A stretch of 64,000 nucleotides of DNA, from positions 1,451 to 65,450 of the forward strand of contig JBAZML010000003.1 of the NCBI GenBank assembly GCA_041649835.1, given 5' to 3'. Origin of the DNA: Candidatus Shapirobacteria bacterium (GTDB taxonomy: Bacteria; Patescibacteriota; Microgenomatia; UBA12405). The notes under the pieces are model-generated. The model ran no database searches and was not told the DNA's origin. It saw only the letters and a list, made by a program, of their open reading frames with translations. This document shows positions 30,738-40,330 of the stretch, piece after piece. Position 1 is the first letter of the stretch, and the number at the start of each line of letters is the position of its first letter. Both the position numbers and the translations under genes were made by a program.

Positions 30738-32447
30738 TTATTTTTTCTCAACGTTGAATAACCCGGACTTTATAACAATTGCCCCGGGAGAACGGAGGTT
30801 AAATATTGTTTTAAACATTTCACCACTAAAAGTAAATTCTCCCTTATCTGTTGATATTCTGACATTTTTTGTAAAACCGGCAGTAGAATAATCAACGTTT
30901 ACTGAGTTAACATTATTAATCGGTCCACCCTTATCTGTAACTTGTCTTTTCAGCTCATCCTTTGACCAGGCATCTCCATCACAACTACCAATGCAGTTTT
31001 GAATTTGTGATAAATGACTATAGTCATTGGCTTTTGAATAATATAGAACAGCATTCACAATGTCGCTAAATTCTTCATTATTTAACCATGGATGACTTCG
31101 ACCATAAGAAGCATTACTTCTGGTTTTATACCAACCTTTGTAGTACCAAGATGACCCCGCTTGTTTTTCGAAACTATCATTTGGCCAACACCCTTGATTA
31201 CCACAACTAGTATCCCAAATTTGTGGGGTGGAAAAATCACCAGAGGAATAAGAAAGTGTTGCTCCTCCGGATGTTGATGCATACATGGTGGAAAATATTC
31301 TTCCAGTAGAATTGCTTTTTATCACCATTCCTCGAGTATCTTCAACAGCTTGTTTCCATTTTCCTGGGGAGTTCAACCGACTTTTGCTATATACCTGACA
31401 AGCTTCAGTTACACAAATTGTTCCGGCTAAATTATTTGTATAGTTTAGAGCATAAGTTCTGGCTGCAATTGCCTGGGCTTTGAGCGCTTCGTAACCGCCT
31501 TCATCACCCCATTTTGCCGGCATTTCTGCAATTCCCACTAAATAATTCTCTTCAAAAGGTAAAGTCCCGATACTTGTTTTGATTGATCCACCCGGGTCAA
31601 TTTTTTCAATTTTAATATTCCCATAGTAAGCTTTTAAAATCGTTTCATAATTTTGTCCCGCTTTTGATCGGCCAAAAGCTCCAAATTGACTCATTCCTTT
31701 TCGGTGTGGCGCCCCAAATGAAAAAGTTGCAAAAGCCGGTGAAAAACCAGGATTATAATCTGCTCTTGAAGCCGGATCATCCGAGGATGAGACGTCACCA
31801 ACGGAGGTATTGAACATGGCTGTTTTTTCCGCAATTAAATTTTGCTGTTTTTGACTTAGTTCGGCCTTATAAGTTTCTGCCTTTTTAATTTCTCCACTCA
31901 AAAATCCAAATCTATTTTCCATCGTTTTTTTCAAAGTTGCCAATTTTACTTTTTGTATTTCTAAATTGCTCTTATTTTTATTCAAGGTATCAATTTCCTG
32001 AGAATAACCCGTAATCACATTTTTGTCTTGGGAAATTATTGATTGGTACCAGGTATATTGCTTCAATATATTTCCCGTACCTTGTGAAGAAAAAAACAAT
32101 GATAATGCCGAATACTTTTTTGAATTAATATAATATTTTCTGACTCTTTGAAACATCAATATCTTTTGGACTTCCAAATCAGCCTCTTTATCTATTAGTT
32201 TTTTTCCCAAATCACTAGCCTGAATTTCAATTTTTACTATTTGTGTTTTGGCACTGTTAATTTTTGACTGTAAATCGCCGGATTCCTTTTTCAAAGGTGC
32301 CATTGATGTTTCCAAATCAGCAATTTGTTTTCCAATATTATTTATTTGTTCATCAATGGTCTCAGCCAGAATTGTTCCCGAAACCAAGCCAAAAAGACCC
32401 CATACAATTATCATGGATAATAACAATTTTCCCATTATTTCTTTCAC
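30738..32447 (-). CDS. SpoIID/LytB-domain protein with long N-terminal coiled coil
   Basis: Signal anchor, about 230 aa of coiled coil, then KAQAIAARTYAL, a SpoIID signature. Confidence 0.7.
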   Translation of the reverse strand: MKEIMGKLLLSMIIVWGLFGLVSGTILAETIDEQINNIGKQIADLETSMAPLKKESGDLQSKINSAKTQIVKIEIQASDLGKKLIDKEADLEVQKILMFQRVRKYYINSKKYSALSLFFSSQGTGNILKQYTWYQSIISQDKNVITGYSQEIDTLNKNKSNLEIQKVKLATLKKTMENRFGFLSGEIKKAETYKAELSQKQQNLIAEKTAMFNTSVGDVSSSDDPASRADYNPGFSPAFATFSFGAPHRKGMSQFGAFGRSKAGQNYETILKAYYGNIKIEKIDPGGSIKTSIGTLPFEENYLVGIAEMPAKWGDEGGYEALKAQAIAARTYALNYTNNLAGTICVTEACQVYSKSRLNSPGKWKQAVEDTRGMVIKSNSTGRIFSTMYASTSGGATLSYSSGDFSTPQIWDTSCGNQGCWPNDSFEKQAGSSWYYKGWYKTRSNASYGRSHPWLNNEEFSDIVNAVLYYSKANDYSHLSQIQNCIGSCDGDAWSKDELKRQVTDKGGPINNVNSVNVDYSTAGFTKNVRISTDKGEFTFSGEMFKTIFNLRSPGAIVIKSGLFNVEKK

Positions 32448-32479
32448 TCTTTCATTCTATCATCTGATATACTTAGGCC

Positions 32480-32863
32480 ATGAAGTTAAGCGCCAAGATT
32501 AGTAGTTTCTTGATGGTTGCTGCTGCCTTTTTTCTCTCAAATTCCTCAGTTTTGGCAGCAGAGAATGTTTTATGTCCCGATGGTGTCAGTGTTAATACGG
32601 CTCTTGGTTGTATACCGGTTCAAATGGACAAATTCATTGCCTGGTTTTTACCTTATCTTTTTAGTGTTGGTGGGGGAATTGCCTTTCTTTTAATGATTTA
32701 TGGTTTCATTTTAATGACCACCAGTAATGGTGATCCCAAGGTAGTTCAAGGGGCCAAGGAAACCATTTCTTCAGCCATTATTGGACTACTAATTTGTCTT
32801 TTCGCCATTTTTATTCTTCGTCTAATCACCATAGATATATTAAAAATTCCCGGAATATCCTAA
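32480..32863 (+). CDS. TrbC/VirB2-like pilin (T4SS pilin family common in CPR)
   Basis: Signal peptide, then two hydrophobic helices separated by a short loop (FLLMIYGFILMTTSNGDPK..). 127 aa. Confidence 0.55.
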   Translation: MKLSAKISSFLMVAAAFFLSNSSVLAAENVLCPDGVSVNTALGCIPVQMDKFIAWFLPYLFSVGGGIAFLLMIYGFILMTTSNGDPKVVQGAKETISSAIIGLLICLFAIFILRLITIDILKIPGIS

Positions 32864-32868
32864 TAATT

Positions 32869-33159
32869 ATGGCTCTAAATAACACTGCAGTTTTACCTCA
32901 AAATCCCATTCCTCAATTTAACAATCCAGGTAGTCTTATTTCTGCTCTTTTACCATACATATATGGTTTTGCCGGTTTGGCGCTTTTTGTTATGTTAATT
33001 TGGGGGGGTATTATTTTGATGACTGCCGCTGGCGATCCGGCCAAAAGTAAAGAAGGTTATGGCAAAATAACTGCCGGTCTTATTGGATTTATGATAATCT
33101 TTGTCTCATATTTTGTCGCCCAAATTGTTGAAGTTGCTCTCGGTGTCAAAATTCTCTAG
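32869..33159 (+). CDS. TrbC/VirB2-like pilin, second paralogue
   Basis: Start at MALNN. Same helix-loop-helix architecture (FVMLIWGGIILMTAAGDPAK..). 96 aa. Confidence 0.55.
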   Translation: MALNNTAVLPQNPIPQFNNPGSLISALLPYIYGFAGLALFVMLIWGGIILMTAAGDPAKSKEGYGKITAGLIGFMIIFVSYFVAQIVEVALGVKIL

Positions 33160-33162
33160 ATT

Positions 33163-33870
33163 TTATTTTCCCATTCTTCTATCTCTATCTTGATACCAAA
33201 TTATTACTTTCTCTAATTCTTTTGGTCCAAAATCAGGCCACAAAACATCTGTAAAATATAGTTCTGCATAGGACATTTGCCACAATAAAAAATTACTCAA
33301 GCGAAATTCTCCCCCGGGTCTAATTACTAAATCGGGATCAGGTTGGTCCTTTGTATATAAATAATTCGAAACCAATTTTTCGTCAATTTTGTTAGAGGGC
33401 ACTTTATCTTTTATAATATTTTTAATTGCGGTAACAATTTCATCCCTTCCACCATAATTCAAAGCTACGTTAAATTGTATTTTTTCTTCAATTACTGCCA
33501 TTTTAATAATCTTTTTTATAGCCTCTTTCACTTTAAAAGGAAACGCTTGAAAATTTCCCAAAACAAAAAACTTTATCCCGGATTTTCGATACTGATCAGC
33601 TTTATTTCTGACCAAATTAATCAGTAATTGAAATATACCCTTAACTTCCTGAGGAGTTCTTTTACGCCAATTTTCAGTTGACAGAGCATAAACAGTCAGG
33701 TTTTTTATACCTATATCTCGACAGTATTCGACAATCTGTTGTAGATTATCGGATCCTGCTCTGTGTCCTTCAATGTCAGGTAGGTTATGTTGTCTTGCCC
33801 ATCGGCGATTTCCATCCATAATAATGGCAATGTGTTTTGGCAAATTTGTTGAATCTATTTTTTCGGCCAT
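33163..33870 (-). CDS. uppS: Undecaprenyl-diphosphate synthase
   Basis: HIAIIMDGNRRWA, and the RxG/ELYF motifs of cis-prenyltransferases. Confidence 0.9.
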   Translation of the reverse strand: MAEKIDSTNLPKHIAIIMDGNRRWARQHNLPDIEGHRAGSDNLQQIVEYCRDIGIKNLTVYALSTENWRKRTPQEVKGIFQLLINLVRNKADQYRKSGIKFFVLGNFQAFPFKVKEAIKKIIKMAVIEEKIQFNVALNYGGRDEIVTAIKNIIKDKVPSNKIDEKLVSNYLYTKDQPDPDLVIRPGGEFRLSNFLLWQMSYAELYFTDVLWPDFGPKELEKVIIWYQDRDRRMGK

Positions 33871-33934
33871 ATTAATTAAGTCGTTAATTTATTAGAAACT
33901 ATTTATCCTAAATTCGGACAGGTCATTTTATCAC

Positions 33935-33959
33935 AAAAAATCCCCCTAAATGGGGGATT
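33935..33959 (-). terminator. Rho-independent terminator downstream of 16S rRNA
   Basis: On the minus strand: AATCCCCC-ATTTA-GGGGGATT followed by TTTTTT. Confidence 0.45.
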
Positions 33960-34049
33960 AATTGAAATTCATGCTTCACTATTTTAGCCAAATTGTTAGT
34001 ACCAGAAAGGTTTTGAGTAATCCCGATTATTCATCGGGACAAAAACCTC

Positions 34050-35545
34050 AAAGGAGGTGATCCATCCGCACCTTCCAGTACGGATACCTTGTTACGACTT
34101 AACCCTCATCGCTGGATTTACCTTAGCCCCACATAAAGTAGAGTTTTGGGTACCCCCAACTTTGCTGATTTGACGGGCAGTGTGTGCAAGAGGCGAGAAC
34201 GTATTCACCGCACGCTGCTGATGTGCGATTACTACCAATTCCGGGTTCATGCAGGCGAGTTTCAGCCTGCAATCCCAACTGAGGGCTAGTTTAGGGATTA
34301 GCTCCACCTTGCGGTCTTGCAACCCTCTGTTATAGCCCATTGTAGGATGTGTGTAGCCCTGGATATAAGCATCATGATGACTTGACGTCGTCCCCTCCTT
34401 CCTCCTAACAAAATAATGCTAGGCAGTCTTCTGTGACACAATAACACAGAACGGGGGTTGCGCTCGTTACCTCACTTAAGAGAACAACTCACGTCACGAG
34501 CTGACGACAGCCATGCAACAGCTGTGCACCACCCTCGAAGGACGCTCCCTTTCAGGAGCCTGCAGGTGCATTTCAAACCCAGGTAAGGTTCATCGCTTTG
34601 TATCGAATTGAACCACATGCTCCACTGGTTGTGCGCCTCCCCGCCAATTCGTTTGAGTTTCGGCCTTGCGGCTATACTCCCCAGGCGATCCGTTTAACGC
34701 GTTTGCTAACATCCCCCCCAATAAAAATTGAGAAGAACTAACGGACAATGTTTACGGCTAGGACTACTCAGGTCTCTAATCTGATTTGCTACCCTAGCTT
34801 TCGTCTCTGAACGTCAGTATGTACCTAGTTACCCGCCTTCGCGCTTGGTGTTCTTTTTAGTATCCACGGATTTAACCCCTACACTAAAAATTCCAGTAAC
34901 CCCGATACCACTCTAGTCTTCTAGTATCTTGCCCCTTTCCTCGATTAAGTCGAGGTCTTTGAAACAAGACTTAAAAAACCGTCTACAGACCCTTTACGCC
35001 CAATAAATCCGAGTAACGCTCGTAGCCTACGTATTACCGCGACTGCTGGCACGTAGTTAGTAGCTACTTATTCTTTCGGCCTTCATGGCCGGAAAAAAGG
35101 AGTTTACAACCCTAGGGTCTTCATCCTCCACGCGGTGTCGCTGCGTCAGACTTTCGTCCATTGCGCAAAATTCCTAACTGCTGCCACCCGTAGGTGTATG
35201 GGCCGTGTCTCAGTCCCATTGTGCCAGGCTCTCCGCTAAGAGCTGGTAACCGTCATAGCCTTGGTAAGCCGTTACCTTACCAACAAGCTGGTAGTAAATA
35301 GGCCGTTTTCGTAGTGACTTGCGTCTTTCACCCGTAGGCGTATGGGAAATTACCCCACCTTTCGGTGGGCTATGCCCCGCTTCGAAGTACGTTCCTATTT
35401 TATACTCACCCGTTTGCCACTGAACTGGCGATCTTCACTAAAGAGAAGAGAACCTCCTTAGTGAAGACCACAAATCCCGTTCGACTTGCATGTCTTAGGC
35501 ACACCGCCAGCGTTCACCCTGAGCCACGATCAAACTCTTAGTACA
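34050..35545 (-). rRNA. rrs: 16S ribosomal RNA
   Basis: Reverse complement shows the 3' end GGATCACCTCCTTT and the 5' AGAGTTTGATCGTGGCTCAG, plus universal 16S blocks including GTGCCAGCAGCCGCGGTAATAC. About 1.5 kb, no 23S adjacent. Confidence 0.95.
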
Positions 35546-35640
35546 AAAATTGAAAATGAAATACCGAAATATATCGGTGTCACTTTCTGGTACTAACGAA
35601 ATGGCTAAAAAATGAAGCTGAATTTGTTAAAGAACAACGA

Positions 35641-35668
35641 ACAAAAATAAGTCCCGATTAATCGGGGT
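35641..35668 (-). terminator. Terminator-like palindrome after recF
   Basis: CCCGATTAATCGGG perfect palindrome, followed on the minus strand by TTATTTTTGT. Confidence 0.4.
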
Positions 35669-35680
35669 AGAGGTATTATA

Positions 35681-36757
35681 TTATAAATTTACGATTTGTG
35701 CAGTAGGTAAGTTGATAATTTCTGCAGAAGTAAATATAGTTTGGTATTTACGGCATATTTCAACTACAATTTGTCTATGATTTTCATCAAGTTCCGAAAA
35801 GATATCATCTAAAAGAAGAATTGGCTCTTCATTGTACTGTTCTTCAAGATAATTAATCTGCGCCAATCTTAAGGCCAAAACCGCCAACCTTTGTTGACCT
35901 CTAGATCCCCAAAAAGCTAAATTTTTATCTTCGGTTTCAAAATCTGCATAATCAATGGAAAAGTCATCTAGATGAGGTCCACATTTACTGTGTCCGACGG
36001 CCAATTCTAAAGGGTAAAGTTTTTCGAGCTTGTCTGGAGTTACCGCTGAAGCCTGATACTTTATTAAAAATTTATTTATTTCTTTATCAGAATGGTTTAA
36101 AAAAAACATATTTGCCGATTTTACCCAATTAAATCTGAAACTCTGGATAATTTCAGCATTTTTTATTAGAGATTGGTCCCAATAAAATAATTCGGTTTTA
36201 GATGCTTTTCCGGTGGCTATAATGTCCAATAGTTCATTTCGATGTTTTAAGGCTTTGTGATATTGAGATAAGGCACTAGCATAGCGCCATTCCGTGTTGG
36301 CAAATACTCCGTCTAAAAAATCACGGCGGCGTCCCGGAGACCCATTAACAAGTCTGATATCTTCAGGTTCAAAAACAACAATCTTGGCCTTACCCCAGTA
36401 TTTAGCCCTGGTTTTTACTACTTTATCAATTAAAAATCGTCTTTTTAGACTCCCGGTATCTTCTCTCCACAATTGAACTTCAACTTCGCTTTCGCCATCT
36501 TTATCGTTAATTTTGGCTCGAACACTACTCATCTTTTCACCCCATTTTATTAGTTGACCTGAACTTGATGATCGAAAACTTTTTCCGGAAGATAGAAAGA
36601 AAATAGCTTCCAACAAATTAGTTTTACCGGATCCGTTTTGTCCCAAAATGAGATTAGCCTTTTTATCAAGTTCCAACAACTTTCTTTCATACGATCTGAA
36701 ATTCTGTACCAATATCTTGCTGATATACATCTTCTGCCTATTATAGCCGATAATCAC
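35681..36757 (-). CDS. recF: DNA replication/repair protein RecF
   Basis: Walker A GQNGSGKTNLLEAI. ABC-ATPase signature and D-loop in the C-terminal region. Confidence 0.85.
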   Translation of the reverse strand: MIIGYNRQKMYISKILVQNFRSYERKLLELDKKANLILGQNGSGKTNLLEAIFFLSSGKSFRSSSSGQLIKWGEKMSSVRAKINDKDGESEVEVQLWREDTGSLKRRFLIDKVVKTRAKYWGKAKIVVFEPEDIRLVNGSPGRRRDFLDGVFANTEWRYASALSQYHKALKHRNELLDIIATGKASKTELFYWDQSLIKNAEIIQSFRFNWVKSANMFFLNHSDKEINKFLIKYQASAVTPDKLEKLYPLELAVGHSKCGPHLDDFSIDYADFETEDKNLAFWGSRGQQRLAVLALRLAQINYLEEQYNEEPILLLDDIFSELDENHRQIVVEICRKYQTIFTSAEIINLPTAQIVNL

Positions 36758-36811
36758 TCAAAATTCCTCTAAAACAAAAACTTATAAAGATTATTGAGGA
36801 TATAATGCGTT

Positions 36812-37534
36812 ATGGATTTTGATTATAAGTATCCCGAATTTCTAACAGAACCAGCCAAAAAAGAATATTTCACTCGATTTATCAGTTTAAAAAGTCGGGA
36901 TAGAGATGGAACTGCTGTATGTATTAACCTCCATCCAAAAAATTCCAATATTAATAGTAAAGAAGAAGTTGTTTTATATTGTGACAAAGTAAAAGTCGAT
37001 GAAACTCTAAAAGAAGCTGTTAATAGATGTTTGTGGGACGATTTTGGTCTAAAAATGATTAGTTATCATCATCGTTTGGACGTCATTGATTTAGCCAAAA
37101 ATAAGTTTGGTGAATCTTTACCTAGAATTGGGATAAATGCCTATGTTGAATATTCACCACTCGAGAATAAAGAAGTTGTTGGTTGTCAGGCTGAATGGAT
37201 TAGTAGAAAAAAATATCCGCTAACAAAAGGTGAGATGGATGTCTTAGATTGGTTAGAAATTGATGATCATGAGCTTGCTTCAAATCGATTCACCAAAGAA
37301 GAAGTCATTACATTTGTGAAGAATTTATATACACAGGGAGCAATGGATGTTTTTATGGATCTTTTAGAACCAGATGAAAGTTATTGTGACTCATTAGAAA
37401 TTATTCTTCCTGCCAACCCAGGACAAAGACAAAAATTATTTACTCTTTACAATGAAGAATTAAAGCACGAATTTCCTGAAGCCAAGGAAGAAACTGATAT
37501 TATGCAAGATTCTTTAAATCTCTGGTGGGACTAG
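36812..37534 (+). CDS. Hypothetical protein
   Basis: 240-aa ORF, no recognised domain. Confidence 0.4.
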   Translation: MDFDYKYPEFLTEPAKKEYFTRFISLKSRDRDGTAVCINLHPKNSNINSKEEVVLYCDKVKVDETLKEAVNRCLWDDFGLKMISYHHRLDVIDLAKNKFGESLPRIGINAYVEYSPLENKEVVGCQAEWISRKKYPLTKGEMDVLDWLEIDDHELASNRFTKEEVITFVKNLYTQGAMDVFMDLLEPDESYCDSLEIILPANPGQRQKLFTLYNEELKHEFPEAKEETDIMQDSLNLWWD

Positions 37535-37546
37535 AAACAAAACGTG

Positions 37547-37618
37547 TCCAGTGGGCAGGAGTTGAACCTGCATAAAACGGTTTTACAGACCGTTGCCTAA
37601 CCGCCCGGCACCCACTGG
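37547..37618 (-). tRNA. tRNA-Tyr (anticodon GTA), short variable arm
   Basis: Minus-strand cloverleaf: acceptor CCAGTGG/CCACTGG, anticodon stem ACGGT/ACCGT with loop CTGTAAA, T-arm GCAGG-TTCAACT-CCTGC, 5-nt variable loop, discriminator A. No encoded CCA. Confidence 0.7.
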
Positions 37619-37663
37619 TCGTGAGTGATTATAACAAAATTATCAGGTAAAATAGTATAACTT

Positions 37664-38431
37664 ATGACTCTTCGTCTCATCTCCTGGAATCTTGCCGGTA
37701 TGCGTGCCGCCATCAAAAAAGGTCTTTTTGATTTTATGAAAACTGACAATTCTGATATTTATTGTTTTCAGGAAGTTAAGGCTAAAGCGGATCAAGTACC
37801 CCTAATTGAATGTCCTGATGGTTATCATAAGTTCTGGAATCCGGCCGCCAAGGCAGGCTATTCCGGTGTCGCGACCTTCACCAAAATGGAACCAAAATCA
37901 ATCATTATTGGTGACCGTGATAATGATTGGGATGATGAAGGTCGAGTTATTATTACCAAGTTTGACGAATTTACTTTGCTTAATGTTTATTTTCCGAATG
38001 GTCAACGTGATCTCGGTCGTCTTAATTTTAAAATGAAATTTTATGATTATTTTTTAAGTTATATTGATGATTTACGGGACAGGGGAGAGAAGGTAATTTT
38101 CTGCGGTGACGTCAATACTGCCCACACCGAAATTGATCTCGCTCGACCAAAAGACAACATCAAAACTTCCGGCTTCTTACCAATAGAACGAGCTTGGATG
38201 GACAAATTAGTTGCTCATAAATGGACTGACACATACCGTATCATAAATGGTGACAATATTGAGTATTCCTGGTGGTCTCAACGCTCCGGAGCTCGTCCTC
38301 GAAACATTGGTTGGCGTATTGATTATTTCTTCGTCGACGAGGCTCTGAAATCTAAAGTCAAAGATGCCTTAATTCTTACTGATGTTTTCGGAAGTGATCA
38401 TTGTCCGGTTGGTTTAACCATTAATTTATAA
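37664..38431 (+). CDS. xth: Exodeoxyribonuclease III (AP endonuclease)
   Basis: LISWNLAGMRA, YCFQEVK, and C-terminal SDHCP. Confidence 0.9.
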   Translation: MTLRLISWNLAGMRAAIKKGLFDFMKTDNSDIYCFQEVKAKADQVPLIECPDGYHKFWNPAAKAGYSGVATFTKMEPKSIIIGDRDNDWDDEGRVIITKFDEFTLLNVYFPNGQRDLGRLNFKMKFYDYFLSYIDDLRDRGEKVIFCGDVNTAHTEIDLARPKDNIKTSGFLPIERAWMDKLVAHKWTDTYRIINGDNIEYSWWSQRSGARPRNIGWRIDYFFVDEALKSKVKDALILTDVFGSDHCPVGLTINL

Positions 38432-38498
38432 AAAAATAACAACAGTAAACAGATACCCTCAACATTCTGAAACCGCTGAAATTGAAGCAGTTAATAAA

Positions 38499-39188
38499 TT
38501 GGTTTTTTTCATGGAGGATTCATTAAATAAAAACCGTCCTGTTCTGCTGCTATTGTCAGGTGGGACCTGGATTCCAGCTATGGAAAAAACCAATTATTCA
38601 AGTTTGATTTTGAATCCTAATCTTAAGAATTTAACAATTATGGCTCTAGATGATCGTGTTGAGATTGGTCCAAATAATAATTTCACCAAAATAATTTCAG
38701 TACCCTTTATAGATTCTTTAATCAAATTAGGTGCCAAAACTATTTCCACGCTTCCGGACATTGATGAGAATATTGATATTTTTAGCCAAAGAATCGATTC
38801 TTCTATAAAAAAATATTTATCCTTAAATTCCGATGTTATTATGATTGCTACCGCTGGAATCGGTGGCGAAAGTAATGTTCCGGGTCATATTGCCGGTATC
38901 GAACCAATTGAAGATCGACAAGAATTTTTAAAAAATTTTCAAGACTCGAATGTATTGTATCGCGGTTACATTGCTAAGAAACTTCAACCGGGACTCCGCG
39001 CCACTGCCACCTTTTCATTATTGGATAAAATCAATTATTTTATTTTGTTAATATTAAATCCTGAACAAAAAGCCCAACCCCTAGATATTCTCTTATCCGA
39101 TACTCCGACAGCAATAAACAATTTTCCATGTGTCTATTTTCGCAATCATCCTGACGCTACTATATACACCGATATTCCTAAACAATGA
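38499..39188 (+). CDS. 6-phosphogluconolactonase / glucosamine-6-phosphate deaminase family protein
   Basis: LLLSGGTW, MALDDRV and GIGGESNVPGHIAGIEP resemble the Pgl/NagB motifs SGGS, DER and GxDGHxAS. Confidence 0.45.
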   Translation: MVFFMEDSLNKNRPVLLLLSGGTWIPAMEKTNYSSLILNPNLKNLTIMALDDRVEIGPNNNFTKIISVPFIDSLIKLGAKTISTLPDIDENIDIFSQRIDSSIKKYLSLNSDVIMIATAGIGGESNVPGHIAGIEPIEDRQEFLKNFQDSNVLYRGYIAKKLQPGLRATATFSLLDKINYFILLILNPEQKAQPLDILLSDTPTAINNFPCVYFRNHPDATIYTDIPKQ

Positions 39189-39891
39189 ACCTTTTTGTCC
39201 CTTCTTTTTTTAACCATTGATTATTTTCGCGCCAATTACTATCATAATTTCCCAACAATTCCCAAAATGACTTTGAATGATTTTTTATCGTCAAATGGGT
39301 TAATTCGTGTAAGATTATATGTTCAAAAATAGGGACAGGGAATAAAATAATTTGCCAATTAAAATTTAAACTGTCCCCATGAGAACACGATCCAAATCGG
39401 GAACTTTGATTTTTGACATTCACTTTTTCATAGTGCAAATTAAATTTTTGAGCCAGTCTTTTTGTATTTTCTTTAATCAATTTCAAAGCAGTAGTTCGCA
39501 TTTTTTTATCGATAATTTCTTTTATTTTATTTTTTTCTGAATAATTTACGTATATTTTTTTATCCATGATTACCAGGGAATCTCTCAAACTTTTCTTTGT
39601 TTCCACCTCGTAACTTTCTCCCAATATCTCAATTTTTTTTATGTTACTTAAAGTTTTTTTATGACTTAATTTTTCATTTTGTTTTAAAATCCATTCACTA
39701 TTATCATTCAAAAATTTTTTTACAAAAATCATCGGAGTCAGCCAGGGGACACTCATTTCAATTTTATTTTTTTCTCGTAATCTTAATCTAACCGACCTCA
39801 TCGCTTTCTTTTTTACTATCACCTCAAATTCACTGTCTCCAATCCTAATTTTTTCCATAGATGCTAATATATTATCAGGGATGATATACAT
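39178..39891 (-). CDS. YgjP-like metal-dependent hydrolase (DUF45, M48-related)
   Basis: HEXXH-type motif ILHELTHL followed by NHSKSFWELL. Confidence 0.7.
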   Translation of the reverse strand: MYIIPDNILASMEKIRIGDSEFEVIVKKKAMRSVRLRLREKNKIEMSVPWLTPMIFVKKFLNDNSEWILKQNEKLSHKKTLSNIKKIEILGESYEVETKKSLRDSLVIMDKKIYVNYSEKNKIKEIIDKKMRTTALKLIKENTKRLAQKFNLHYEKVNVKNQSSRFGSCSHGDSLNFNWQIILFPVPIFEHIILHELTHLTIKNHSKSFWELLGNYDSNWRENNQWLKKEGTKRFIV

Positions 39892-40330
39892 TGCGGCAGA
39901 TCACCGGGGTTTCCGGCTCAAAGAAGAACTAAAAAAATGGCTTGAACAGGAGCTTTATGAATTTCGGGATCTTGGACCATCAGAATATAATCGTGATGAT
40001 GATTATCCGGAAATTGCCATAAAATTAGGAGAAACAGTTGTTCAGGATAATAGTCGTGGTATTTTAGTCTGTGGTTCCGGCGCCGGTGCTTCAATCGCAG
40101 CCAATAAAGTTCTTGGTGTTCGAGCCGGTTTATGTACTTCAATAAAACAGGCTAATTCGGCCAAAAATGATGATAATATTAATATTCTATGCCTCAGCGC
40201 CGACTGGGTTAGCGCCGAAGATAACCAAAAAATTGCTGAAACTTTTTTAAAAACCCTATTCTCTTCCGAAGAGCGTTATATTAGAAGAATTAATCAAATC
40301 AAAGACTATGAAACTAAAAAGCGTCAGTGA
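39881..40330 (+). CDS. rpiB: Ribose-5-phosphate isomerase B
   Basis: MIYIAADHRGF N-terminus and LVCGSGAGASIAANK of the RpiB/LacAB family. Confidence 0.85.
   Translation: MIYIAADHRGFRLKEELKKWLEQELYEFRDLGPSEYNRDDDYPEIAIKLGETVVQDNSRGILVCGSGAGASIAANKVLGVRAGLCTSIKQANSAKNDDNINILCLSADWVSAEDNQKIAETFLKTLFSSEERYIRRINQIKDYETKKRQ

Noticed and set aside
34092-34340. 82-aa ORF on the minus strand
   Set aside because: Lies entirely inside the 16S rRNA gene. Artefact of translating rRNA.
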